Below are positions 38,217 to 50,700 of a DNA stretch of 64,000 bases, one piece after another. Position 1 is the stretch's first letter. The number at the start of each line of letters is the position of its first letter. The notes below the pieces were generated by a model that was given only the letters and a program-made list of their open reading frames with translations, made no database searches and was not told where the DNA came from. A program made the position numbers and the translations under genes. This DNA comes from Auanema rhodensis (Eukaryota > Animalia > Nematoda): the NCBI GenBank assembly GCA_964057225.1, contig OZ059899.1:7564001-7628000 (forward strand), given 5' to 3'.

Positions 38217-40439
38217 ATGACGCCAAGTACTGTTCTTTCTAGATTAGGAAAGTCTGTTGGCTTAGAAATTTTCAGAATAAATGTATGTTGACTTAAAGTA
38301 TGATGAGTTTGTTTCTTTTGAAATACTTTCAGAAATTTGAACTAGAACCTGTGCCTAAACAACAATTTGGTGTATTTTATACAGGAGATTGTTATGTTTT
38401 GCTAAATGTGATACTGATCAAAGTAAATATTTTGAAAGCTTTCACTTTAAGACAAAGAATAGTACCGAGTGGGATGTTCATTTCTGGCTGGGAAACGATG
38501 CTACCAGTGATGAGATTGGAGCTGCTGCGATCTGGGTAAGTTGAAAATCCGACTTTCGATCCAAAAACAGAAGATATCTTCCTAGACTGTTGAAATTGAT
38601 AATTCATTGGGTGGTTTTCCAGTTCAACATAGAGAAACACAGCATCATGAATCCCCACTCCTCTTATCGTATTTTCCCGATGGATTGAGGTTTTCATTAA
38701 CAAAAAAGAGAACATAACTTTTCTTCTCTTCCAAGATATTTGGATGGTGGATATGCCTCAGGATATCATCATTGTGAGAATCCCTATGATAACTGGAAGC
38801 CAAAGCTTTTCCATTGTAAAGGAAAAAGAAACATTCGGTGTACCCAGGTAACAAGAAATCAATTGGTATGCAATTTTTAATGAAAAATATAGGTTAAATG
38901 TGCTAAGGAATCATTGAACCGTGGAGATGTATTCATTTTGGATCTTGGAAAAGATTTATATGTTTGGATGCCACCAGAGAGTGGTCGATTAGAAAGAATT
39001 AAGGTTGGATAAAATAATTAACAAAAACTTAAACATTTCTTAGGGAATGGCTCGTGCTAAAAATATTGCTCTTGTTGAAAGACATGGTGAAGCTCAAGTT
39101 CATATTCTTGGTGAGATTAAAACATATCAATCAATTTTTAAAATAAATTAGCAAGATTTTTTTAAAGATAATGATGATTGGAAAACTGATGCCAAGTTTT
39201 GGTCATATTTCGGTGGAAAATCCGTCATACCCAATATAGCAACAGCTAAGGATGATGATGAAGACTTCTGGAAAATACATACCAAACTTCTGTCTCTCTG
39301 GAAGTAATATTTCGTTTAACATAAAAAATAAAATAAAATCCAATTGTTAGGGTATCTGATGCTTCTGGTGACATGAAAGTCTCAATTGTAGCAGAAGGAG
39401 AGCTTAATCAAAAATTACTTGATTCCAATGTATATTATAGGAAGTGATATTACTAATATTGTTTTGATCTTCAGGATGCTTTCATTCTTGATGCTTCATC
39501 TGGAGGAGTTTTTGTTTGGATTGGGAAAAACTGTACAATTGCTGAAAGACAGAAAGCTGTAACTTGGGGAGAAAAATATCTGAAGCAACGTGTATGTTTC
39601 TTTTTCAGCTATCAAATGTTTTTTGTTTGTTAAAACTTTGAATGTTTTTCATTGCAAGGGTCAGTACATGCCAGCTGTTCAACAACAGATAATAAAAGAT
39701 AAAATCAGCTTTTTTCAAGCAACATATAAGATCAAAATATATTTTTAATATAAGTTAATTCATCGGGTTTATTAATTATTTAGAATCTTCCGGAATGGAC
39801 CCAGGTTACTAGAATTCTTGAATCTACTGAACCTCAAACGTTTACTCAATGGTGAGAACTTTTTCAAAAATGTTTTTTCAATTACGTTTTCTGTTCTTTA
39901 AAGGTTCTTGAACTGGGTAGATTCAAAAAAAGACAAATCATTTCACCCACATCTATATCAAGTTTCTGATGAAAGTGGTAAGATTGTTGTTGAGGAGGTT
40001 GCAAACTTCACCCAAGAGGTTCAAATCAACACAAGATCTTTTAGTATCTAATAATTTTTTTCAAGAGCCTTGATGGAGATGATGTGATGATTTTGGATGC
40101 CTTAAACTTGATCTATGTCTGGGTTGGAAGCGGTGCTACTCCGAATGAAAAGAAGGGAGCTCTGGATAAAGCTAAGGTGCAGCAATACCTCAGTGAACGC
40201 AGTTTAAAAAAACGAATTCAGAAATTTTTGGAGCAAAGTCAGCTTCCTCGTCACAAGAAGGCAAACATTGACACCATTTATCAGGGGCAAGAAACACCTA
40301 CTTTTAAGAAGTTTTTCCCATCCTGGGATGAAAAGCTTTTCAAAAATGTAAGTTTCAATCAACTACTTTATAAGCTATTTAAAAATAATTTCAGCAAGTA
40401 CGCTCGGTAGCTAATATGCGAAAGCTTCTGTTCCAATAA
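38217..40439 (+). CDS. gsnl-1: Gelsolin-like actin-binding protein (4 gelsolin repeats)
   Basis: [73 protein letters not shown], ends [12 protein letters not shown]. Confidence 0.93.
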
Positions 40440-41684
40440 TGTCAAATATAGATTGGTGATTCTTTTTTTTTGTCAAATAAATACCTGTATCACTTTTGTA
40501 TTAAGAATAAATTGTTTAGTGTTTTTAAATTTATTCTAAACTAAACAAGATTTTATGCCAATGACGCTTTTAAATTCTGGCTTTAAACTGAAGGTAAAAC
40601 AAGATGAAAAATAAAGATAAATCTGACTAAATCCGGTTGATAATAAGTTTCATTTTCATTTTATTCAACAACAAACAAGCAAACTAAAAAGATGATTTGA
40701 CCAGATTCTCAACCTCCTTAGTTTCTGTCTCATGTCCAGTATTTCTCTACAGTTAGTCATGTCGACTGGTAGTGAGTATATATTTCTCATATATTATTCT
40801 TTATTCTTCTAAGACAAAACGAAAATTTATAATTTTTAAAATATATTTGTTCTTCTTTATATTGAAATCAAATCGTTCAATGAAAAAAATGTTCATTGAA
40901 AGTTCATCTAATCTTTGAATACATCTTATTTCAATGTTTGATTTGTTATTCTTGAATACTAACTGTAATTTGTAACAATTTTTTAATATTTTTGTTTATT
41001 TAGAGAAAAAGAACATAAGTTTATTCATTGAAACATATACTTTCACTAGCTAAGTTGTTGAATGAAGACGTTCTGATTTTTGAAATCGAATTCGACGATT
41101 AGCAAGCAATGGTGAAATAGAATAAATTTTCATTTCATTTCTTCATATACATTGCCGTTTCTTAGAATTAACTCGTATATCGTCTTCTCACTACAACCGA
41201 ATTAAGTGAAAGAGAAAATGAGGAGGATATATAGAGAGAAAATTGAAAGAGAGATGAATAAATAACGATAGATATCTACCGAAAAGAGAGAAAGAGAAAA
41301 CATCGAAGAAAGCTGAAATGAACAAGGTGATGGTGAGCTCATCTCAACATGTTCGACCGGTTGCTCCCATTTAAGGCTGTCGACAGATGTAGTCGTTTAT
41401 AAGATCCGTAAGAAAGATATGTTCAACCTCAGCTACCATCGATCCTATCGTCTTTGTCCGCGCAATTGCTCATCTTCTATATCCTCGTTAGGTCTCATTT
41501 TCTGTTTTATTTCTTATTCAATTTTCCACTTAGCTGATTGTATACATAGTTTTCCATTTATTCGTATTGTTTCAAATCTAACTTCACAGTTTTCTCTTAC
41601 AAAGTACTGTTGTATGAACAAATGATTCTTCTTTATTTATTCTTTATATACATATATACTTATTGAAATTCAATATTTAAAGAA

Positions 41685-43016
41685 ATGGAGCTCTCAATCT
41701 CTAACCTTTTTGCCATGTATACATCCAATATCATCTGGAGCTTATTTTTGACTTCGACAGCAATACATGCAGTTGCATTGATCACGAGTCCAATGTGAGA
41801 GTTTTAACCTTTTTCTTTAATGAAATTCTATTTTGATTCTTATTCAAGTGTGAAATTGAGAAACTTAACTAAACTAAAGAAAGTTTCATTTTAAAATACA
41901 AATTTCCTGTTATTCTATGAACACTTTTATAGTTTTTATTATTCAGACAAGCTGTGTACAAATGGTTTAGACGAAAAAGTAGTGATAGTGATACATGCCT
42001 GCCATATATATGTGCTGTTATGGGGTAATAAGCATTTTTATTTCAGATTTTAATCTGGTATTGTGACAATCTATAAATCTTTTTTACTTTTCTGCTAATA
42101 TGTCCAAACCATTTAGATCATCACTATGGCTAAAATATTCGATTTTCTTACGCGATGTAAAGCTAATCCTGCTTCAAACTTATGCTGTTTCAATGCAAGC
42201 AGTTTTTCTTGTAGTACTCTTGTACTATAGATCAAAAAAGGTGAATAAAACTTGGAAAAAATAAATAAAATAATAATATTTAAGAGAAAGCTTTCCAAAG
42301 GAGTTCTTGGAATGGTAGTAGGGTTAAGCTTGTTATTCTACTATATTGACTGTTTAAATGAAGAGGATGGCAAAGAGGTTTGTAGTTTAAAATCTGAATA
42401 CTAACATATTCTATATAAATCTAGTTTTCTTTCTTTTTTATTCGATCTATTCAATTTCATTATATCTCAAGCATTTTTGAAACTTCCGGGTGTATAAGAC
42501 TTTTTTTTTCTGAATTGAATTCTTGTATATACTAATATATATCGACATATATATATATTTTACCTAATATATTCTATAACTTATATATTTCAAAATAATA
42601 TTGAGTATTTAGTTGACGGGACAAATAGCATCAGGTGCGCAAATTGCTGGATCACTTGTGTGTCCATGGCTAATTGTAATATTTGATATATGTATATATA
42701 TATATATATCTATATAAATATGATAATATATTATTTATAATTTATTTTAGTATAAAGCTGTGTCATCAAAATGCATAGATTTTGTTCCGTTGGCTCCTGT
42801 TGCATTCACATGGGTAATGGAAGCACATGCTATTATCTACAGTATTGGAATTGATGATTTCTACATGATGGTAAAGAATATATTATAAGTTTGAAAAAAT
42901 AAAATTATATATTTCAGTTAGCAAATACAATTTTTTTCTGTATGGATGGATCATTACTAGCGTGTTTCTTTATATTTCCAACACAGAAGTCTTTACTTAA
43001 AACTCAAATTAAATAG
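41685..43016 (+). CDS. SWEET (MtN3/saliva) sugar transporter
   Basis: FLTSTAIHAVALITSPIQAVYKWFRRKSSDSDTCLPY, GSSLWLKYS, IYKAVSSKCIDFVP, DDFYMMLAN; two MtN3 repeats. Confidence 0.9.
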
Positions 43017-43535
43017 TTAGGAAGCAAGTTCAGTGATAATAGATGAAATTTGTTTTTTCTTGTTTTGGAAACACAAATTCCATAATTGGAATAAACACGG
43101 GTGTATTTACTCAGTAATAAAATTCTTTTTCTTTCAAAGTATTTTATGTTCATAATTCAGAAATTTAAATAAAATAATGAGAATATGTATGTGAATAATA
43201 TGATAAAACGAAAAAAAAAACATTTTTTTTATTAAACATAACGACCCGCAAAAAAGACTGTTGTCGCATCTTAAGTTCGTAATAAAATCGAAAAAGTACA
43301 TTATAACAAGTAAATTATACGAGGTTTTACATAACATCATACATACATATATATCACAGATTTTGTGGAAACAGATTGATGAGGAGAAATATTAAGGACA
43401 TTTGTTGAATACTTTACATATTACTTATAGATATTTAGTAGGCAATGATTGACATATACATATAGTTAAAGTAAAAAACAAACAATTTAATTTACTGTTA
43501 TATAGAAATATATGTAATATATGGCTTTTATTTGG

Positions 43536-44120
43536 TTATATCCTATCTCCAGCATCACTTTCAGATTCCTTGATTACTGTTAATTTCTCAATTAAAGCTT
43601 CAGCTGCTGGTGCCGATGTTGTATTCTTTCTTGGAACATCACGCCTATAATTATTTAGAATATTATGTACTTCAATTAAAATAAATATATTATGTTCATA
43701 CATATTTTAAATGAAAAATATATGATTATTAGTATTCACTTCTTTTTTAATTTCTATGTACTTCGTCTCTTTCTTCAATTGTCCGTTTTTAGCGAAAAAG
43801 GATAGGATCTAGACATGTATTTCTCTTGAGAAAGCAGATTAAATTCGAATTCTAAGTGGATAGCGGTCAAAGATCTTTTGTAAGTTCGAGTAGCAATTTA
43901 ACGTTGATAGTTGTACATATGAGATAAAAAAAATTTAAAAAATGACTGAGATGAATAATATTTTTTGAAATTTTTTAAGTTTCAATCAATAAAATAATGA
44001 TTGCTTACCTTAAACTTCCTTCATTTTCTTTGCTTGAGCTCCGTCTGCTTGAACCATTTCTACCTCTAAGAGTAGAATTTTTTGTTGATCTATGATACAT
44101 AAATATAAATAAATTCTTTA

Positions 44121-44158
<38 letters not shown>

Positions 44159-46614
44159 ATTGAATATAATATAGTGTTTAAAGTTACCTAGTATATAGAG
44201 ATATAGGTGTTGTTGGTTGTCCTTTAACCCGAGGTGGTCGAGTTATTTTCTGACATGTAATAACATGAGCACATATTCGACGAATATCAGGATTAATAAG
44301 GCAGTAGAAGTAGAAATTTAATGCAAATTTAGTAAATTCAAGAAGATTCACAATAGCTCTCACAATCTAAAAATGAATAATAATAGAAAATATTGGCAAA
44401 AATGCCTTTTATTACTTGAAAATCAAAATTATTTGAACGATTATCAGCAACCAACATAGTTAATGGTGCTGCTGGTATAGTACATAGGAAGAAAACTATA
44501 ATAATAGCAAATAGCAGAATAAATAATCGTTTTTCTTCCTGAAAATAGTTTCATATGAATACATAATGCTTGTTGAAAATTGTTGAAAGACCTTTTCACT
44601 TTTCTCGTATACAAATCGTTTTTGTGAATTCGATAGTCGTTCCATTCGATCTTTTTTTGTGTTTCTAAAAAAAATTTTAATTATTTCTATCTATAAATAA
44701 GAAATAAATTATAATTACCTATAAGTTATTAATATTCTAGCATTAAAGAAAGCTACAAGAAAGAATGGAAAGATTCGACTGATTAATTCTCGAATAGCCT
44801 CATAGATTACAAACCAATCTGGTCGTATTGTGTCACATACTACATATGGGCAAACATCTTCGGGTATTAAATGCTAAAATATATATTTTAAATTAAAATT
44901 AAATATTATATATTATAATACCTGTTCAATGTAATCATGTAAATTATGTACATTTTTCTTAATTGCCCATGGAGCATATATAACAAAGTTGAATAAATAT
45001 GCTAGACAGAATAAAAGAAAGCATATTTTACTAAAATAATTTTATTATTATATAGATAATAAATGAAAGTGAAACATACCGAGACCTCATTCCATATGCA
45101 AAAGGTTTACATACTGCAATATATTGAGACAATGTTAGAAAAACAACAATCCAAACGGAGGCACCCATTAATCCATTTGCCTATAAATAAAAATAAATTT
45201 GTTTAATATTATTGTATATATCTTCAAATATTTGTAAGTTCTTAAATATATATATATATATATATATATAGCTATATATATATACACGTACATACATATA
45301 TATGTGTTCACATTATTTTTTACTATACAAAGAGTTTTATATCAAAACTCAATCAAATACATCGGAGGAAATATGTTTAAATTCAAAATGAAATAAGGAA
45401 TTTAGTCAAGTAGCTGGATTGATTTTAGATTTCTTCTCATCTATAAATCACTTCATGATGAAACTACGTTATACAATTTATTAAATAAATGAATACGTAT
45501 ACTTATTTTAAAAAAATTGTTTGTTTATAAGATATAATAGTTTTAAAATATTTGAATACTTACTAGAGGAAAACCAATATGTGCATAGAAAAAAGCTGAA
45601 AAGGATGAACATGCTCTAAGATCCAACAACCACATAATCATTGGTATCACAGAAATGTGTGTGAACTGTAAAATAGAAATTAATTAATCAGAATTACTGA
45701 TAGTTTTACTTTTTTTGTTTTTTCAATTTCTCTACATATCTCTCTCCCTCTCTACATATCTCTCTCTCTCTCTCTCTACATATATATCTCTCTCTCTCTC
45801 TCTCTACATCTCTCTCTCTCTCTCTACAACCCTCTCTCTCTCTACATCTCTCTCTCTCTCTCTGTATATATGTATATTTTTTACTCTCGTTCACTATATC
45901 TAATCTCTATCTTATTTCAATGGAGAAGAGTATGAGTTCCTCTTCAATATCAGTTAAAGCCATTGCAAACTTCTGGCCTACTTGGCCTCAAAGTCAAGTT
46001 TTCTCAATTTTAAGCAATTTCAGTGTGATTGTACTTCTTGAATTTTGCTGCTTGAGTTTAGAAATGAGGCTTTACCCTCCAATGTCTATGCTTAATAAGA
46101 TCAGCAGTGCTTGCGCTTCAGCAAACCAAATGAAGAGCCAGTCAAAAACACAACGTAGTGTAAACGAGAGAATTGAATTAGTTACGAGAATACGATGAAA
46201 CATACCATGTTCCAATAAAACAAAAGAAGAAGAATTAGATTTACAGTAAAGATTATATGCATAATAATTTTTATATTATATCGTATTGAACGTTAACTAC
46301 ATACCAAATCTGTCATAGCTAGAAGTGTGAGATAAGTATAGATTATTGAACTTTTGCGTAGTAATGGATGAGTTAATGTTATAACAGTTAGAACATCACC
46401 CACAATACCAAATGTTATAATTAACGGAGCTATATAAGCATATGTTATCTGAAACAAGTGATTTTGAAGAAGTATGTACTTCAATAACTTCACAAACCAT
46501 ATTAAGATTTGACAACGGCATCTCAGTAGTACGATCATTGAGAACAGATATCCAATTAACAGAACCATTATGTGCTGATCTTATAGTTTCGCACAGAACA
46601 TGACTTGAAGGCAT
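43536..46614 (-). CDS. Class A neuropeptide GPCR (FRPR/FMRFamide-receptor-like)
   Basis: APLIITFGIVGDVLTVITL, IYTYLTLLAMTDL, ANGLMGASVWIVVFLTLSQYIAVCKPF, EEKRLFILLFAIIIVFFLCTIPAAP, NLLEFTKFALNFYFYCL. Confidence 0.9.
44126..44154. repeat. (TA)n microsatellite
   Basis: Perfect TA run. Confidence 0.9.
45729..45863. repeat. (CT)n microsatellite interrupted by ACAT units, intronic
   Basis: Directly visible; it generates the spurious RE- and SL-repeat ORFs in the track. Confidence 0.95.
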
Positions 46615-47750
46615 TTTGTAATTGGAGATGAATAGAACACGAAGGAACACTCAGTCAGATCAATGAATATCAGATGACTATTAGTAGTATTAGCTGTAGA
46701 ATTGGAGCTAGACCATCATTCAGTTGACGATGTAAGGGAGAGAATATAAGCTGAAGACTCTGTTGAAAAAAAAACTGTCAGTGAGTGAAGTGATGTCGAA
46801 AATTCGGAAAAGGAGGTTTCCAGAAAATCTGAAACATCTTTGAGTTGTTCTGATCATTAAAAAGTTGTTTGAAACATAACCACAGACATTGAACTCTTAT
46901 AGTGGATATGTTTCAAGTTCATGAACTTTGGTTAAATATTTGAGAAATAACAGGAAAAGGGATAAAAAATAGAAAGGAAACAAAAAGTGAAATTCGAACG
47001 GAACCAAATGAAATAGATAAAAGAGCAGTGGGATACAAAACTGAATACAATAAGGTGAATGTAAAGATGCCTAACGAATGCTTTAGGAAGCTTCGACGTA
47101 GTAGAAGATGACAGTAAAATTGATCATGTGGTCGGGTGGAGGAGAATATCCAAATGACAAAATCAACGAAGCGAGCATCATCAACATAAGGAAGATGTTC
47201 AGACGATGAAGGCGAAAACGATGAAGAAGTATAAGACTGGAGACAACGACATCGAGTCTCGATGAGCACTGATTGGCTTTCGGGAGAGGGAGAAGAGAAT
47301 CAAAGGCTCACCACTACTCACTCAGCCATTTCATCAGATGAAGAAACAGATTGAGTATAAAGAAGGAAGCTGTGAGGGATAGGCAGACGAGATGAAGAGA
47401 AATGAAAAGAGAGTATAATAGAAAGAGAAAATGAATAGTATGAGAGAGAAAAAGGAATAACGAAAGAGAAGACGCGATGAGGATGATTGTGAGTTTTTAT
47501 ATGATGATGCTGATAAATTGAAGGAAATCTTTCAAAAACAAGTAAGTTGGAAAACTTATTGTTAGGTAGACAAGTTCAGAAACAAAGAAATGAATTGGAA
47601 AGTTCTGGACATTCTCAAGAAAAATTCAGATGGCAACGAGAAATGACGGAAGACATCTTAGTTCCGATTGGATTCCGAATGACAAATCGTAACAAGTTAT
47701 GAGAACTTTTAGTACATGTTTACATCTTTTGTTTTAATATAAAAATATAC

Positions 47751-50700
47751 CTAGTTCAATTGTAAAAATAGTACAGACACGTTGTCTTTACTTTGACGTT
47801 CAAGGGCTAATTGTACCAGATATGTGGAAATCCGATGCCAATCCTGCTTGCCTTCCTTTGATCTGAAAAATAAAGTATTGAAGTTTCAATTTCATTTAAA
47901 CCAAATGTTTTTTTGAACGTCCTTAGAACTTACTTAAGATATTCGTTAGCTAACTTTATTGCTTCTGAGTTACTTACAACGTCCCAAAAGCCGTCAGTTC
48001 CCACAATCAGAAATCTGAAAAAGAAGTTAAAAGATTTGAATGGATAAACAAGAAGATGTTGGCATGGCGGGCGTTAACTACGACAAGTTTGAACTATCTT
48101 CGAACGAAAATAACGAACTTCAATGGTTTTTTATGTAAATCAATGCGTTGTACGTCGGGTCGAGCTGTCAGAACACCGAGACGTTTCAGAAGTGTATCCC
48201 CAAAAGCCCTGAAATAAGAAATAATGTAACACAAAATAACAAATAACATGAAGTTTAAGGATATCAAGCTTTTTCGTTTTTTGCAATCAACATCAATACA
48301 AAAAAAGTAAAACATGAAAGCTACAACAGTGAACAAAAATTTTTTTTTTAATCTGGAAATTTTATTAACTTGGCTCAATGAAATATATTTATAAGTAGTA
48401 GTATATCGGTGCTAGCCGGACCACCTAATCATCCTTATTTAAAAATACTGCATTTCAAACATTTTTCGTAACAAAACAACTATTTTTTTTCCATTTAAGG
48501 TTTTCAAAGACTGAGAGTCTAGCTCGCATGACACCCAAAAAAGACTATTTTTAACAGTTTTCTAACGTTTTTCGACGCCCCAATAAGCCAAAAACCTTGA
48601 GCCATAAATTGCGCTACGCTAAATCACCCTTCCACTCTAGCCCAACGCGTTTGCGTGCGAATAGATCAACTGGAGCAAACGTGTTGATTCTCATTCTACG
48701 TGAATTAATTCCATTTTTGTGTGCATTTATTATTCTTCATTATTCTCTCAGTACGCCATTGTTCTCATCAAAATATTCTACCAATAGTCATTACGTCTCA
48801 ATTTGCGTGGTAAACCGACGCATGTGGATAGTACGCGAACTTTCCGTTAACGAGCTCAAAAGCAATCAAATCGTGTGCTTCAGAGAATGCTTGTACGACA
48901 GCCTAAAAAGCAAAACTAGTTCAAAAAAATGAAAAAGAACCTCGTATTCGGTTCAATTACGTTGTACAAGGTAATTTTTGTTTTTCAATTGGGTGTAAAT
49001 CAACAACGCATGCCGACGTGGAAGAACGGAATCGTATCGGAAGAATATGGTATGTCTAATTTTTTAACTTTACAGATATTAACTGTTTGATCATTTAATA
49101 AGGGGCTTTTTATTTAAATTCTGTTAACGCAATTTATGACTCGTGTCTAAAAATTTGTGATAATTGAGAATTATGTTCACACACCCTTGTTTGCATCATT
49201 TCCACGGTTTTCCTAACAACTTTTCCAACTTTCTCTCTTCTTCTATCGTGTAAAACTCTATTCTTTTTTCTTATAAGCTTACAACTAAATAACTAATAAT
49301 AATCTTTATTTACTAATAAATGCCTGTTTAGATGACGATGGAACGATTGACAGCGAAGACACTCGAGGCCTTACTCTTCACGACGTCCAAACCAAATGAC
49401 AACTTGCACTTGTGCGTGGTAGCAATCAACGAGAAACACGCCATTTCTTTCCAAGATGGTCCCCATTCGATGCTCAAGAAAGGCGATAAAATTACCTTGT
49501 ACAACGTAATTGAACCGACTATTCAATACGAGGTTCTTTTTCATTTTTTTGAACTAGTTTTGCTTTTTAAGCTGTCCTACAAGCACTCTCTGAAGCACAC
49601 TATCTGATTCCTTTGAGCTCGTTAACGGAAAGTTCGCGTACTATCCACATGCGTCGGTCCCAATGTTTTGTGGTGAAAGTTACAAGCAATTGGGTGTATA
49701 TCAACAACGCATGTCGACGTGGAAGGACGGAAGCGTTTTGGAAGAATATTCTTTGTCTAAGTTTTTAACTTTACAGATATTAACTGTTTGATGCAGGTGG
49801 ATTTTACGTGGGAACTTCTCATGGAGAACGTGATGACTCGGGCTCTGGCGTCTTTGATTCGTCTGGCCGCATACTTGGTATTTCTGTTGGCAAGAAAATC
49901 TTCACTTTCGACGATGCCTTTCGGTGAGGTGGCTGATCATCAGCCGGACACGAAAATAATCAGTTCTGCCACCATTTCGGTAATCATGGGCATCGTCGAT
50001 TGAGATGTAAGTAGATTTATTTAGATATTTCGTTTAATTGTTATGTTTCATCCTTTTGTGCCGCAACAAAAGTACGTTCGAATGGAAATAATTTTGGAGA
50101 TCTTTTACTAGCCTTGAAAACGGAAATTTTGTTTTGTGAATAATTTTCTCGTTTCTATGTAAACTCTTTTCGTATGGGTCGAATAAGCTTTTATTTCTGA
50201 ATTGTGAAAATGGTATAAATATCTAAAAACACCTCACAAGTCGTTGATTTTTAATTATTTTACAAGGAACTCTCAGGTCTTTTCGGAAGGTGATCATTTA
50301 ATAAGGGGCTTTTTATTTAAGTTCTGTTAGCGCAATTTATGACTCGTGTCTAAAAATTTGTGATAATTGAAGGTTTTTGGCTTATTAGAGCGTCGTAAAA
50401 CGTTAGAAAACTGTTAAAAATAGAAAGCATCTTCTTTTGGGTGTCATGCGAGCTAGACTCTCAGTCTTTGAAAACCTCAAATTTCATAGACTTCTACGAC
50501 CCCAGGGGATCTAACGAAGGACTTTGATTCTACCAACATTTTTGAATCGCTTTCACAATTTATTCGATAAAATAATTGTATTTATAAATGAAAAAAATAC
50601 TGAAGCTGTGTCAGTAAGTTTCCAAAAACATTCTTTTTTAGAAGACGCAATGCAAGCAAATCAGACGTTCTAGGAATCAATGATTTTGATATTCACTTCA

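Larger units (their letters stand above)
48499..50476. mobile_element. Non-autonomous DNA element with ~100 bp terminal inverted repeats, carrying protease cargo; inside a PP2C intron
   Basis: 48499-48598 (GGTTTTCAAAGACTGAGAGTCTAGCTCGCATGACACCCAAAA...CCAAAAACCTT) is the reverse complement of 50370-50476 apart from a short indel and a few substitutions. Flanks are TTAA (48495-98) and TCAA (50477-80). No transposase ORF. Confidence 0.88.

Noticed and set aside
45706-45903. RE-repeat and SL-repeat ORFs
   Set aside because: Translations of the (CT)n microsatellite.
48050-48102. AAGATGTTGGCAT resembling the body of miR-72/miR-31
   Set aside because: Seed region does not match and the hairpin is weak.
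48391-48440. ATAAGTAGTAGT resembling the 5' end of miR-252
   Set aside because: The remainder diverges and no adequate precursor stem forms.
48495-50480. Classifying the TIR element as a Maverick because it can be read AG...CT
   Set aside because: No 6-bp TSD, no polB/integrase/capsid remnants, only 2 kb; the TTAA/TCAA flanks fit a TTAA-targeting element better.
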